This document shows, in pieces, positions 1 through 9,699 of a stretch of DNA of 64,000 bases. Location: positions 148,786 to 212,785 of the forward strand of contig CAVZFY010000021.1 of the NCBI GenBank assembly GCA_963774695.1, in the 5' to 3' direction. The position numbers were made by a program, and so were the translations under genes. The DNA is from an uncultured Chloroflexia bacterium. GTDB lineage: Bacteria; Chloroflexota; Limnocylindria; Limnocylindrales; CSP1-4. The first letter of the stretch is position 1. Each line of letters starts with the position of its first letter. The notes under the pieces were generated by a model, which made no database searches, was not told where the DNA came from, and saw only the letters and a list, made by a program, of their open reading frames with translations.

Positions 1-1359
1 GGCCACGCGTCCCCACGAAGGCGCCGTCACGGACGACGAACGCGCCCCGGACCAGCGTCGAGCGGACGGCGCCGTGGACCTCGCGACCCTCGTACGGCGT
101 GTAGTCGCTCGTGTGGTGGAGGTCGGCGGCCCGCACCGTGCGCCGCGCCCGAGGATCGAACAGCACGAGGTCCGCGTCGCGCCCGACCTCGATCGCGCCC
201 TTGCGCCGCAGCCCGAACAGCCGCGCCGGCGTCGTCGAGAGCACGTCGACGAGCCGTTCCGCCGGAGATCCGCCCCGCGGCGACGCCGCCGTCCCAGGCC
301 ATCGCCAGCAGCGTCTCGATCCCCGGCCCGCCGTTCGAGATCCGGTCGAACGACTCGCGCCAGCTCTGCTTCTCCACCGCGACCCGGTCGGGGACGTGGT
401 CGGTGGCGACCAGCGCGAGCGACCCGTCCGCGAGCCCGTCCCACAGCGCCTCGGGGTTGCCGGCGGCCCGCAGCGGCGGCGAGATCACGTACTTCGCGGC
501 CTCCTCGGGCGGCAGCGCGTAGCGATCGTCGGTGAGCGTGAGGTAGTGGGGGCAGGTCTCGGCGAACACCGGGCCGGCCTGCCGCGCGGGCTTCGCGCAC
601 CCGTGCCAGCGCCTCGGCGGACGAGAGGTGGACGACGTAGAGCGGGGCGTCGGCGGCGCGGGCGAGCGCGATGGCCCGGCCGGTCGCCTCGGCCTCGACG
701 TACGGCGGCCGCGACGACGCGTGATACGCGGGTCCGGTCTCGCCGGCCGCGAGGTGGCGCGCGGTCAGCGCGTCGAGGATCGTGCGGTTCTCGCAGTGGA
801 CCTCGAGCATCCCGCCGGCGGCCGACGCCGCGCCGAGCAGGCGGAACAGCGTGGCGTCGTCGACGCCGAAGTCGTAGACCATGAACGCCTTGAACGTGGG
901 CACGCCGCCGTCGACGAGGTGCGGCAGGTCGGCCACCGGGTCCTCGTGGGACGCCGACACCACCGCGCTCAGCCCGACGTCGACGGCCGAATCGTTCGAC
1001 GTCGCCGCGAGCCACTCGCGCAGCCCCGTGCGCAGCGAGCGCGCGGCCGCGGGCGATGACCCGGTCCCGGGGTTGTTGAACGAGAGGAACGTCGTGGTGC
1101 CGCCGAACGCGGCCGCGACGGAGTCCTGGAAGAACCGGTCCGGCTCCGCGTCGGACGCGACCCGCGTGTGGGTGTGGACGTCGACGACCCCGGGGAGCAC
1201 CAGCAGGCCCGTCGCGTCGACGACCTCGCCCGCGCCGGCCGCCAGGCCGCCCAGGTCGGGCTCGACGGCCGTGATCCGCCCGCCGTCGACCGCCACGTCG
1301 GCGCGCGACGAGCCCGCGGCCGTGACGACCGTCCCGCCGCGGACGAGCAGATCCGTCAT
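1..1359 (-). CDS. hydA: Dihydropyrimidinase/hydantoinase (cyclic amidohydrolase; possibly allantoinase); 3' end runs off the window; about 2 frameshifts
   Basis: Starts at ATG 1359 (MTDLLVRGGTVVT). Motifs PGVVDVHTH (metal HxH), AAFGGTTT, TFKAFMVY (carboxylated Lys), VHCEN, ETCPHYL, SPPLR and ATDH, reconstructed across frames. Confidence 0.85.
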   Translation of the reverse strand, partial: MTDLLVRGGTVVTAAGSSRADVAVDGGRITAVEPDLGGLAAGAGEVVDATGLLVLPGVVDVHTHTRVASDAEPDRFFQDSVAAAFGGTTTFLSFNNPGTGSSPAAARSLRTGLREWLAATSNDSAVDVGLSAVVSASHEDPVADLPHLVDGGVPTFKAFMVYDFGVDDATLFRLLGAASAAGGMLEVHCENRTILDALTARHLAAGETGPAYHASSRPPYVEAEATGRAIALARAADAPLYVVHLSSAEALARVREARAAGRPGVRRDLPPLPHAHRRSLRAAARGGREVRDLAAAAGRRQPRGAVGRARGRVARAGRHRPRPRPGRGGEAELARVVRPDLERRAGDRDAAGDGLGRRRRRGADLRRNGSSTCSRRRRRGCSGCGARARSRSGATRTSCCSILGRGARCGPPTSTTRATTRRTRVARSTAPSARRWSGARSSSVTAPSWGRVA

Positions 1360-1368
1360 CGGACCGGC

Positions 1369-1791
1369 CTAGCCGAGCTCGACGATCTCGATGTCCTGCG
1401 CGCCCTCCCACAGGCAGCGCCGGCCGACCTCGCGCAGGCGGTCGTCCCAGCCGTCCTCCGGCAGGACCGACGCGAAGTGGTTCGCGGCCAGCTGGCCCAC
1501 CTTCGAGGCCGTCGTGCAGGCGCCGTAGGGGAAGAAGATCTCGCACTCGCTGATCCCGCCCGGGTAGAGCGCGAGCTGCCCCGGGGCCGGGTGCGACGTG
1601 TGGTGCTCCCAGCCGACGTCCGGACGCAGGTCCCCGTACGGGATCCACGTCGACTCGCCGCTCCACCGGCAGTGGATGAGCTTCGCCCGCAGCGGGAGCA
1701 TCGCGCGGATCGCCTCGATCGTCTGGGGCGCATCGGGCTCCCAGCGGGCGCTAAAGTGCAGGTCGCCGACCCGGATCGACAGATCGCTCAT
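1369..1791 (-). CDS. DUF3830 family protein (cyclophilin-like fold)
   Basis: MSDLSIRVGDLHFSARWEPDAPQT...IHCRWSGESTWIP...HTSHPAPGQLALYPGGISECEIFFPYG resembles DUF3830 from recall. The start is placed at the ATG inside ORF 1369..1857. Confidence 0.75.
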   Translation of the reverse strand: MSDLSIRVGDLHFSARWEPDAPQTIEAIRAMLPLRAKLIHCRWSGESTWIPYGDLRPDVGWEHHTSHPAPGQLALYPGGISECEIFFPYGACTTASKVGQLAANHFASVLPEDGWDDRLREVGRRCLWEGAQDIEIVELG

Positions 1792-1807
1792 CAGCGGAGG
1801 ATAGCCG

Positions 1808-2141
1808 GTGGCTCCAGGGCGTCCGACGATCTCCACGCACGTGCTCGACACGGGCACGGGCCTCCCGCGGGCCGGTGCGACCGTCCGCCTGTGGCGCCTC
1901 GCCGCCAGCGACGGGCCGGCGACGCTCGTCCTCGAAGCCGAGACGGACGCCGACGGCCGCGTCGGCGACTTCCTCGGGCCGACGGCGCTCGAGGCCGCCG
2001 CCTACGCCCTCGAGTTCGACCTCGGCGGCGAGTTCTTCTCGTCGATGACCGTCGAGATCCGGGTCGCCGACCCGACGCCGCAGCTACCACGTCCCGCTGC
2101 TGGTCGCGCCGTACGGGCTCTCGACCTACCGGGGCTCGTGA
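1808..2141 (+). CDS. uraH: 5-hydroxyisourate hydrolase (transthyretin-like); frameshift near 3' end
   Basis: ISTHVLDTGTGLP at the N-terminus. The shifted frame gives YHVPLLVAPYGLSTYRGS* (the YRGS signature). GGAGG SD lies before GTG 1808. Confidence 0.88.
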
Positions 2142-2145
2142 CGGC

Positions 2146-2672
2146 GTGACGAGCGCGATCCCGGTCGAGGTCCTCGACGGGCTCGACGACGACGGCCTGC
2201 GCCGCGGCCGCTCGCCCCGCTGTTCGAGGGCGCGCCCCGGTTCCTGGCGCGCCTCGTCGCCGCCCGGCCGTTCGGGGACGCGGCGGGGCTGTTCGCCCGG
2301 GCCCGTGCGATCGCGCACGCGATGCCCGAGGACGAGCAGCTCGAGCTCATCGACGCCCATCCGCGGCTCGGCGCCGCGCCGGACTCGGTGTCCCCGATGT
2401 CGTTCGTGGAGCAGGGCTACGACCTGAACGTCGCCGAGATCGCGGCGGCGGCGCAGCACGCGCGCCTCGCCGAGGAGCTCGAGCGGCTCAACGCCGCGTA
2501 CGAGGCCCACTTCGGGTTCCGCTACTGCGTGTTCGTCGACGGGCGGCCGCGCGAGGCGCTGCTGCCGGACATGGAGGCCTCGCTGGCCGCGGATCGCGCC
2601 GCTGAGATCGCGCGCGCCATCGACGCCGTCGTGGACATCGCCGCCGACCGCTACTCGCGCCTCGGCGCCTGA
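2146..2672 (+). CDS. uraD: OHCU decarboxylase; frameshift in 5' part
   Basis: LIDAHPRLG, S..EQG, LERLNAAYEAHFGFRYCVFVDGR and EIARA..IA..R; adjacent to uraH. Confidence 0.85.
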
Positions 2673-3258
2673 CCCCGCGGTCCCGGCCGAGCAGCCAGCC
2701 AGCGACGACGACGGCGATGCCGAGCGCGGCGATGCCCGCGAGCCATCCCGACGCCGGCCAGGGCGAGCGCGGCGTCCTCCTGCTGCTCCACGACCCGCAG
2801 CGACCGTCCGGCGAGCGCGGTTCCGCCGTGCCAGGCGACGACGACCGTGGCGATCCGCACGCCCGGTCGCGGCTGCCAGGTCACCGCGTCCCGCCCGTTC
2901 GAGGCGGCGGTCGCGAGCACGCCCGGCGGTGGGACCGGCGGCGCGCCGTCGAGCTCGCCGTTGGTCGCGAGGACCGCGCCGCCGGCGTCGTAGATCGCGA
3001 CGAACGGCGCGAGGCTGGTCGCGACGTCGACCGTTCCCGACTCCGGCGAGCCCGGCCGCGGCGCTGCCGGGTCCGACGAGGCTGGCCGGCGTCGCGCCGC
3101 CGTCGAGCGCGCGGGCGGCGTCCTCGGCGAGCTGCTCCTGCGGGGCTGTTCGCCGACGAGCGGAGGACCTGCTGCGTCTCGAGGTAGGCGACGCCGAACG
3201 CGGTCGTCAGCACGACCGCTCCGAGCAGGAACCAGGCGACGAGCCGGCGAACCGACAT
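2651..3258 (-). CDS. Conserved hypothetical membrane protein (N- and C-terminal TM, extracellular sensor-like domain); frameshifted, 3' end uncertain
   Basis: MSVRRLVAWFLLGAVVLTTAFGVAYLETQQVLRSSANSP...SLAPFVAIYD..G..LATNGELDG..PVPP.GV...VTWQPRPGVRIATVVV...LAGRSLR. TGATG overlap with the upstream HAD gene. Confidence 0.6.
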
Positions 3259-3925
3259 CAGCGCGTCCTCTCGCGGCGGCCGACCAGATGGTCCACCCAG
3301 TCGCCAACGCCGGGCCAGATCCGGTCGACCCCGGCCGCGCGGAAGGCCGCGTCGCTGGTCGTGCCGGCGACGGCCGCGAACGCGGTGCCGGCGGCCGACG
3401 CCATCTCGAGGTCGACCGTCGTGTCGCCGACGTAGACCGCGTCCGCCGGGTCGACCCCGAGGTCCGCGAGCGCGCGCAGGAGCCCCTCGGGGTGCGGCTT
3501 GCCGTCGACGACGTCGTCCGAGAAGTACGCGGTCTCGAACACGCCGTCGAGGTTGAGCCGGCCGCAGGTTGGGCTCGACGACCGAGCGCGTCGACGCCGT
3601 CACGAGGCCGAGCCGCACGCCGTGGCCGGCCAGCCGCCGGAGGCCGCCTCGGGCCCACGGGAGCGCCCGCGGCCGGCCGGCCAGCATCTCCTCGGACCAG
3701 CGCGCCGCCACGGCCTCCCAGCGATCCTCGGGCACGCCGAGCTCCCGGTACGAGCTGCGCCAGTCGGGCGTGTACCGCTCGCGGAACCAGGCCCGACTCA
3801 GCGGGATCCCGAGCTCGCCCAGCACGACGACGTTGGCCCGATAGATCAGCGGCAGCGTGTCGACGATCGTGCCGTCCCAGTCGAACACGGCGGCGGCCGG
3901 GAGCCGGCGGGCGCGACCGCGTCAC
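3258..3925 (-). CDS. HAD-family hydrolase (phosphoglycolate phosphatase-like); frameshifted
   Basis: Motif I FDWDGTIVDT, motif II LVTAS, motif III KPHPEG, motif IV YVGDTTVDLEMASAAG. Confidence 0.85.
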
Positions 3926-4554
3926 CCGAGGACCCCGATCAGGATCGCGGCGATGCCGAAGCCGCCGATGATCACGGCCGACGCGACGTTGAGCCAGCGG
4001 ATCACGCGCGGCGTCATGCGGGCACGGAGCCCCGCGACGATGCCCGTGAGGATCGCCCACCAGGCGACGGAGCCCAGGAACACGCCGGCGACGACCGCGG
4101 CCGCGCCGTTCATCCCGCCCGTGCCCGCGCCGATGCTCGCGAACAGGGCCGCGAACGACAGGATCGTCGCGGGGTTGGTGAGCGTCAGGCCCACCATCGA
4201 CGCCCAGCCCACGATCGGGTTGGCCGTCCCGATGGCGTCACGGCGGGCGGTCATCTCGCCGTCGCTCGCCCGGGCGTCACGCAGGGCGCGGGCGGCCAGG
4301 ACGAGCAGCACGCACCCGCCGATGATCCCGAGCCAGCGGTCGATGCCCAGGAGCAGCTCGCTCACGGCGGTCAGCCCGAAGGCCGCGATGGCGCCGTAGG
4401 TCGCGTCGGCCGTCGCGACGCCCGTCCCCGACAGGAAGCCGTACAGCCAGCCCCGGTCGATCGTGCGCTTGATCACGAGCAGCCCGATCGGGCCGAGCGC
4501 GAACGCCACGGCGAACCCGATGGCGAGCCCGCGGAGGAACAGGTCGATGGGCAC
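3922..4554 (-). CDS. LysE/RhtB family amino-acid exporter
   Basis: Intact 210 aa ORF with LGPIGLLVIKRTIDRG, GVATADATY, LTLTNPATIL and VFLGSVAWW. Confidence 0.9.
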   Translation of the reverse strand: MPIDLFLRGLAIGFAVAFALGPIGLLVIKRTIDRGWLYGFLSGTGVATADATYGAIAAFGLTAVSELLLGIDRWLGIIGGCVLLVLAARALRDARASDGEMTARRDAIGTANPIVGWASMVGLTLTNPATILSFAALFASIGAGTGGMNGAAAVVAGVFLGSVAWWAILTGIVAGLRARMTPRVIRWLNVASAVIIGGFGIAAILIGVLG

Positions 4555-4632
4555 GACGGAGCGGCGTGCCGCGGGTCAGCGGGTCAGGCGCGAGGGCCGC
4601 CCCGGCGCGCCGCGCACCCGCGCGTCGCGGCG

Positions 4633-5745
4633 TTACTGCGGGTTTCGCGGCAGCACGACGACGCGGCGGTTCGGCTCGTCGCCGATCGACTGCGTGGACA
4701 CCGAGGCGTTGTCGCGCAGCGCCAGGTGGATCCAGCGGCGCTCGAGCGCCGGCATCGGCTCCAGCTGGAGCATCTTGCCGGTCTGCTCGACGCGCTCGGC
4801 GGCGCGGGTCGCGAGGTCCACGAGCTGGCGCTCGCGCCGCCCGCGGTAGTCCTCGACGTCCACGAGCACGCGCGTCCACTGGCCGGTCCGCCGCGACAGC
4901 ATCAGGTTGACGAGGTGCTGGAGGGCCGACAGCCGCTCGCCCTTGCGCCCGATCAGGGAGCCGAGGGCCTCGCGGTCGGCGCCGTCGCCGACGACGTTGA
5001 GCCGGCTCGTCTCGCCCTCGCGGATCTCGACGCTGATCCCCTCGAAGCCGAGGTGGCCCATGAGCGTCTCGAGGATCTCCTTGCCGGCGGCGAGCGTCTC
5101 GGGGGTCGCCTCGGCGGCCTCGAGCTCGGCGCGCTCCATGGCGAGCGATCCGCGCGCGGTCGCCACCTGGGCGACCTCGGCGGCCGACAGCTCGGAGCCG
5201 CCGCGGGCGGGCGGGCCGGCCGTCGGTGCGGGGGCGGTCGTCGCGACGCGGGCCGCGGTCGGCGCCGCCGCGGTAGCCACCCCGGTCGGAGCCGCGGCCG
5301 CCGGACGGGCGGTCGTCGCGACGCGGCGGGCGATCGGGTGCACGGTCCGGTGCGACGCCCTCGGCGGGGCCTGCCGCCGCGGTGGCAGCGGCGGGGCCGG
5401 TCCGCGGTCGGGCCGGCGCTCGCGGTCGTAGCCGCGCGGGCCGCGGTCGCGGTCGCCGCCGTAGCCGCCGCCTGCGCCGCGGTCGCGGTCGTAGGGCCGG
5501 TCCTCGCGGGGCGCCGCCGGGAGCGGCGTGGCCTCCGCGGCCTCGCGCTTGGGAGCAGCACCGCCGAGGGCGCTGCGCGGCGCGGCGACGATCCGGGCGG
5601 GCTCGGCGCCCATGCCCAGGACGCCGCGGCTGCCGGGCGTGAGGATCTCGAAGTCGAGGTCGCCGAGGCCGACGCCGAACGCTTCGCACGCGCCCTTGAT
5701 GGCCTCCTCGACGGACTTCCCGGTGAACTCCTGGTATTCGCTCAT
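4633..5745 (-). CDS. jag: Jag/EloR (KhpB) RNA-binding protein: Jag_N, long Arg/Gly/Asp-rich linker, KH and R3H domains
   Basis: MSEYQEFTGKSVEEAI...GVLGMGAEPARI; KH motif LIGRKGERLSALQHL; R3H LEPMPALERRWIHLAL...TQSIGDEPNRRVVV. Confidence 0.92.
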   Translation of the reverse strand: MSEYQEFTGKSVEEAIKGACEAFGVGLGDLDFEILTPGSRGVLGMGAEPARIVAAPRSALGGAAPKREAAEATPLPAAPREDRPYDRDRGAGGGYGGDRDRGPRGYDRERRPDRGPAPPLPPRRQAPPRASHRTVHPIARRVATTARPAAAAPTGVATAAAPTAARVATTAPAPTAGPPARGGSELSAAEVAQVATARGSLAMERAELEAAEATPETLAAGKEILETLMGHLGFEGISVEIREGETSRLNVVGDGADREALGSLIGRKGERLSALQHLVNLMLSRRTGQWTRVLVDVEDYRGRRERQLVDLATRAAERVEQTGKMLQLEPMPALERRWIHLALRDNASVSTQSIGDEPNRRVVVLPRNPQ

Positions 5746-6942
5746 GTCAGCGTCGTCTCCCTCGTCGCGCGGTTCGGGTTCGATTGGGCCTGATCGTCGA
5801 GCGCGCGGATAGGTCGCGGTCGACGGTTGTCGAGCGCGCCGGCGGCGCTCGGCGGCTGGCCGGGGGCAGGCGGCTTGGGGGCCGGAATCTGGACCGGATA
5901 GCGCGGCTTGTGGTTGCGCGCGAACTCCGGGAACCAGCCGAACAGCGGGAACATCCCGCCCCAGCCGAGGATGAAGTACTGCTGGATGATCTGGATCAGC
6001 GTCGACGTGATCCAGTAGAGGAACAGGCCCGCCGGCAGCGAGCTGCCCCAGAGGATCGAGATCAGCGGCAGGAAGTAGGCCATCTGCCGCTGCAGCTTGA
6101 CGTTCTGGTCGTCGGCGGTCTTGGGATCGTGCGGCGGCAGCGTCATCCGCGACGCGACCAGCTGGCTCAGCGACGAGATGATCGCGAGGATGCTGATCCC
6201 GAAGCCCGCGATGATCAGGCCGGTCGTGGCCGGCTCGGGGATGCCCCAGTTGACGCCGAACGCGAACGGCGTTGAGGCACGGGTTGATGACGTGCCCGGC
6301 GGCGTTGAACTCGGCGCCGACGGGCACACGATGTTGGGGAACAGGTTGATCCCGAACACGTGCCACATCGCGCTCGGGTCGTAGTTGGTGAGGCCCTGGC
6401 TGAACACCGAGTACATCGGGATCAGCAGGCCCATCGTCAGGACGATCGGCAGGCAGCCACCGGCCGGGTTCACGCCGCGGGCCTTGTAGAACTCCGAGAC
6501 GGCGGTCTGCTGCCTTGACCCGGTCGCCCTTGTACTTGCGCTGGAGCTCCTTGATCTCGGGCTGCAGGAGCTGCATCTGGCGCGAGGACACGAGCTGGCG
6601 CCGGTAGAGCGGGATCACCAGCAGCCGCAGCGCGATCGTGAGCAGGATGATCGCGATCACGATGTTGCCGTCGGGCCAGATGATCTTGGTCGTCTGGTCG
6701 AGGAAGACGAGCCCGATGAACAGGGTCTGGAAGATCGGCGTGAACAGCCACGCCAGCAGGCTGATCGGGTTGGCGCCCGGGGTCGCCGGCTCGAGCGGCG
6801 CCTGGCTCGGAGTCGGGGTGACCCCCGGCGAGCCGCCGCTCGCGGTGCCGCCGAGCGGCGAGCACGCGGCGACGATCAGCGCCAGCGCAACGAGCAGCAG
6901 GATCGGCGCCAGGCGGACGAGGGTCGGTTGGAGGCGGGTCAC
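5742..6942 (-). CDS. yidC: Membrane protein insertase YidC (lipoprotein type); frameshifted
   Basis: Lipobox IVAAC; AIILLTIALRLLVIPL...MQLLQPEIKELQRKYKGD; NPAGGCLP; SLPAGLFLYWITSTLIQIIQQY; conserved locus position. Confidence 0.92.
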
Positions 6943-6957
6943 GCGGTGTTGTCTCGG

Positions 6958-7182
6958 CTAGGTCAGCGGACGGGGTCGTAGCCGCCGGGGTTCCATGGGT
7001 GACAGCGCCCGATGCGCTTCGCGCCCATCCAGCTCCCGCGCAGGAGTCCGTACTTCTGGATGGCCTGTTCGGTGTAGCGGGAGCATGATGGGCTCGAACC
7101 GGCATCCGGACGGCAGCCACGCGAACACGATGCGATACAGGTGGATCAGCCCCACCCCGATCGTCACCCCGACTCGCTTCAC
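6958..7182 (-). CDS. yidD: Membrane protein insertion efficiency factor; frameshifted
   Basis: [19 protein letters not shown]; the shifted frame continues [36 protein letters not shown]. Confidence 0.88.
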   Translation of the reverse strand: MKRVGVTIGVGLIHLYRIVFAWLPSGCRFEPIMLPLHRTGHPEVRTPARELDGREAHRALSPMEPRRLRPRPLT

Positions 7183-7514
7183 GACTTGGTCCGACCTCCG
7201 AGGACGCCTCCCGATCGGAGGACCCGGTTCAATGCACCGACCAGCGCGTCGTGGTCGGCCCCGACGAGCGCGGGCCGGGCGATGATGAGGACGTCCCAGC
7301 CGGGCTGGAACGAGGGCGCCATCACCCTGAGCACCTCTCGGATCCGGCGCCGGACGCGGTTCCGGACCACGGCTCCTCCGAGTCGCTTGCCGGTCGCGAG
7401 CCCGAACCTGGTCTGGTCAAGGTCGGTTCGGGCGAACCGCCCGACGAGCAGCGGGTGCGTCCGGGTGACGCTTCCCTCCGCCAGCCTGGCGAAGTCGCCC
7501 GGGCGGGAGAGCAT
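7179..7514 (-). CDS. rnpA: Ribonuclease P protein component
   Basis: MLSRPGDFARL...RFGLATGKRLGGAVVRNRVRRRIRE...DVLIIARP (RNR motif). Confidence 0.93.
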   Translation of the reverse strand: MLSRPGDFARLAEGSVTRTHPLLVGRFARTDLDQTRFGLATGKRLGGAVVRNRVRRRIREVLRVMAPSFQPGWDVLIIARPALVGADHDALVGALNRVLRSGGVLGGRTKS

Positions 7515-7549
7515 GACGAGCCGCAGCGAGTTCTGACTGCGCCCGCCGG

Positions 7550-7687
7550 TCAGGCCGAGAGCTTTTTCCGGCCCCTCGCGCGCCGCGTCGCGAGAACGCG
7601 CCGACCGCCCGCCGTCTTCATGCGGGCGCGGAACCCATGCTCCTTGGCGCGATGTCGCTTCTTGGGCTGAAACGTCGGTTTGCCCAT
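7550..7687 (-). CDS. rpmH: 50S ribosomal protein L34
   Basis: [45 protein letters not shown]. Confidence 0.97.
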   Translation of the reverse strand: MGKPTFQPKKRHRAKEHGFRARMKTAGGRRVLATRRARGRKKLSA

Positions 7688-7801
7688 CGGGACTGTCCGT
7701 GATCCTCTCCGTCCTGCCTTGGACCCGGAAGCTCCGACTCCTGGAGGCACGCAAACGCGCCGAGCGCCCAAAAGCGCGACGGCGCGTGTTCGTCGCGGGG
7801 G

Positions 7802-7831
7802 ATGATATGGCCCGCCAGGAACGAGTGTCAA
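7802..7831 (-). promoter_or_regulatory. Sigma70-type promoter for rpmH-rnpA-yidD-yidC-jag
   Basis: On the minus strand, TTGACA (7831-7826), an 18 nt spacer, then TATCAT (7807-7802). Confidence 0.7.
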
Positions 7832-7930
7832 ACGTGCGACGCCGTCGCCGGGCCTGCGTCCACGTTCGCCGCAGGGCTCGGGCGACCACGCCGGACCAGC
7901 GGCCGGCGGGCGCCGGGCGGCTCCCGCACG

Positions 7931-7947
7931 ATACCCCCTGGGGGTAT
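7931..7947. promoter_or_regulatory. Perfect 17 bp palindrome ATACCCCC-T-GGGGGTAT (CsoR/RcnR-type operator-like)
   Basis: Read directly between the divergent rpmH and dnaA promoters. The function is inferred from resemblance to C-tract/G-tract operators. Confidence 0.5.
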
Positions 7948-7959
7948 GCGCGAATCGCC

Positions 7960-7989
7960 TTGCGACGGCCCCGAGCGCCGGTGTATTGT
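7960..7989 (+). promoter_or_regulatory. Putative dnaA promoter
   Basis: TTGCGA (7960-7965), 18 nt spacer, TATTGT (7984-7989). Confidence 0.55.
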
Positions 7990-8166
7990 TCCCCAGCCTC
8001 AGGCGCCGGGACGCCGCGGGGGACCCTCCGAGAGGAAGCCCGTCGGTCGCCAGCTTGGTGCCGAAGGAATCCCTCGAGCGGGTCAGCCGCGACGTCCAGC
8101 CTCGGTCGGACCCGTGGTCGGCGCTACCCATCGCAGCCCACGCACCTACAGGATCACGATCGTCGG

Positions 8167-9556
8167 ATGGACGCGAAGCAGGTCTGGCGCGCCGCGCTCG
8201 GAGAGCTCCAGGTTTCGCTTTCGCCCGCCAACTACGAGACGTGGCTGCGCGACACGCGCCTCGTCGACGTCGACGACCAGCGGTTCCGGATCGCCGTCCC
8301 CAACGGCTTCGCCAAGGACTGGCTCGAGACCCGCTACCGGTCCCTGATCTCCCAGACGCTCGCCCGCGTGGTCGGCTACAGCGTCCAGGTCGAGTTCGTG
8401 GTGACCGCGGAGGGCGCGGCGAACGGGGCGGCCAACGGCGACGCCGCCGGCAACGGGGCCGAGCCCGCGACCCGCTCCGTCCGCGTCGAGCCGACCCGGG
8501 TCGGGGCGCCCGAGGGCGCGGCCGCCGGTGCGACCTACCTCAACCCGCGCTACACCTTCTCGAACTTCATCGTCGGCTCGGCCAACCGCCTCGCGCACGC
8601 GGCGTCGCTCTCGGTCGCCGAGCGTCCCGGCCACGCCTACAACCCGCTGTTCCTGTACGGCGGCGTCGGGCCTCGGCAAGACCCACCTGATGCACGCGAT
8701 CGGCAACGCGGTCGTCGGCAAGTTCCCGCGCAAGCGCGTCGTCTACGCGACCAGCGAGAAGTTCACCAACGAGTTCATCACCTCGATCCAGCAGGGCAAG
8801 ATCGACGACTTCCGGGCCCGCTACCGCCGGATCGACCTGCTGCTGATCGACGACATCCAGTTCATCGCGGACAAGGAACGGACCCAGGAAGAGTTCTTCC
8901 ACACGTTCAACGCGATCCACGAGGACGGCAAGCAGATCGTGCTGTCGTCCGACCGGCCGCCGAAGGCGATCCTGACGCTCGAGGAGCGGCTCCGGTCGCG
9001 CTTCGAGTGGGGCCTCATCGCCGACCTGACGGCGCCGGACCTCGAGACCCGGATCGCGATCCTGCGCGCGAAGGCCGAGGAGCAGGGCGTCCCGATCACG
9101 TCCGACGTCATCGAGTTCATCGCCCGCAAGGTCGTGTCCAACATCCGCGAGCTCGAGGGCGCGCTCAACCGGATCGTCGCGTACGCGTCGATGGGCGCCA
9201 TGCCCATCTCGATCGAGCTCGCCCAGGCGGTGCTCTCGAACGTGCTCTACAACCCCAAGAAGCGCCAGGTCACGCCGGAGCGGATCGCCCAGGCCGTGTC
9301 CGACTACTACGGCGTCGGGATGGAGCAGCTGCGCGGCCAGAAGCGCGAGAAGAGCATCGTCGTGCCGCGCCAGATCGCGATGTTCCTGATGCGCGAGGAG
9401 ACGGACGTCTCGCTGCTGCGCATCGGCGCCGAGCTTGGCGGCCGGGACCACTCCACGGTCCTCCACGCGTGCGACAAGATCAACCGCGAGATGCAGGTGA
9501 ACGACGAGATGCGGCGCGAGGTCGCGGCCGTCCGGGAGCTGATCTACAGCGAGTAG
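8167..9556 (+). CDS. dnaA: Chromosomal replication initiator DnaA; +1 indel in Walker A region (~8670)
   Basis: [15 protein letters not shown]; [22 protein letters not shown]; [11 protein letters not shown]|[12 protein letters not shown]; [10 protein letters not shown]; [10 protein letters not shown]; [11 protein letters not shown]. Confidence 0.97.
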
Positions 9557-9699
9557 CCGGCCGCCAACCTCGTGGCCCCGCTCAGCCCCGTCTCCGACCC
9601 TTCCAGTCGCGCGACCGCGTGCCATTCGGTCTCCGGCTGCCCCAGCGCCGGGAGCCGTCATGGCGTGACCAGGCCCCTCGGAGCGGCCGTCCAGCGACG

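Noticed and set aside
4633-6942. 769 aa YidC-Jag fusion ORF
   Set aside because: An artefact of a frameshift inside yidC; yidC ends at 5742 with an ATGA overlap into jag.
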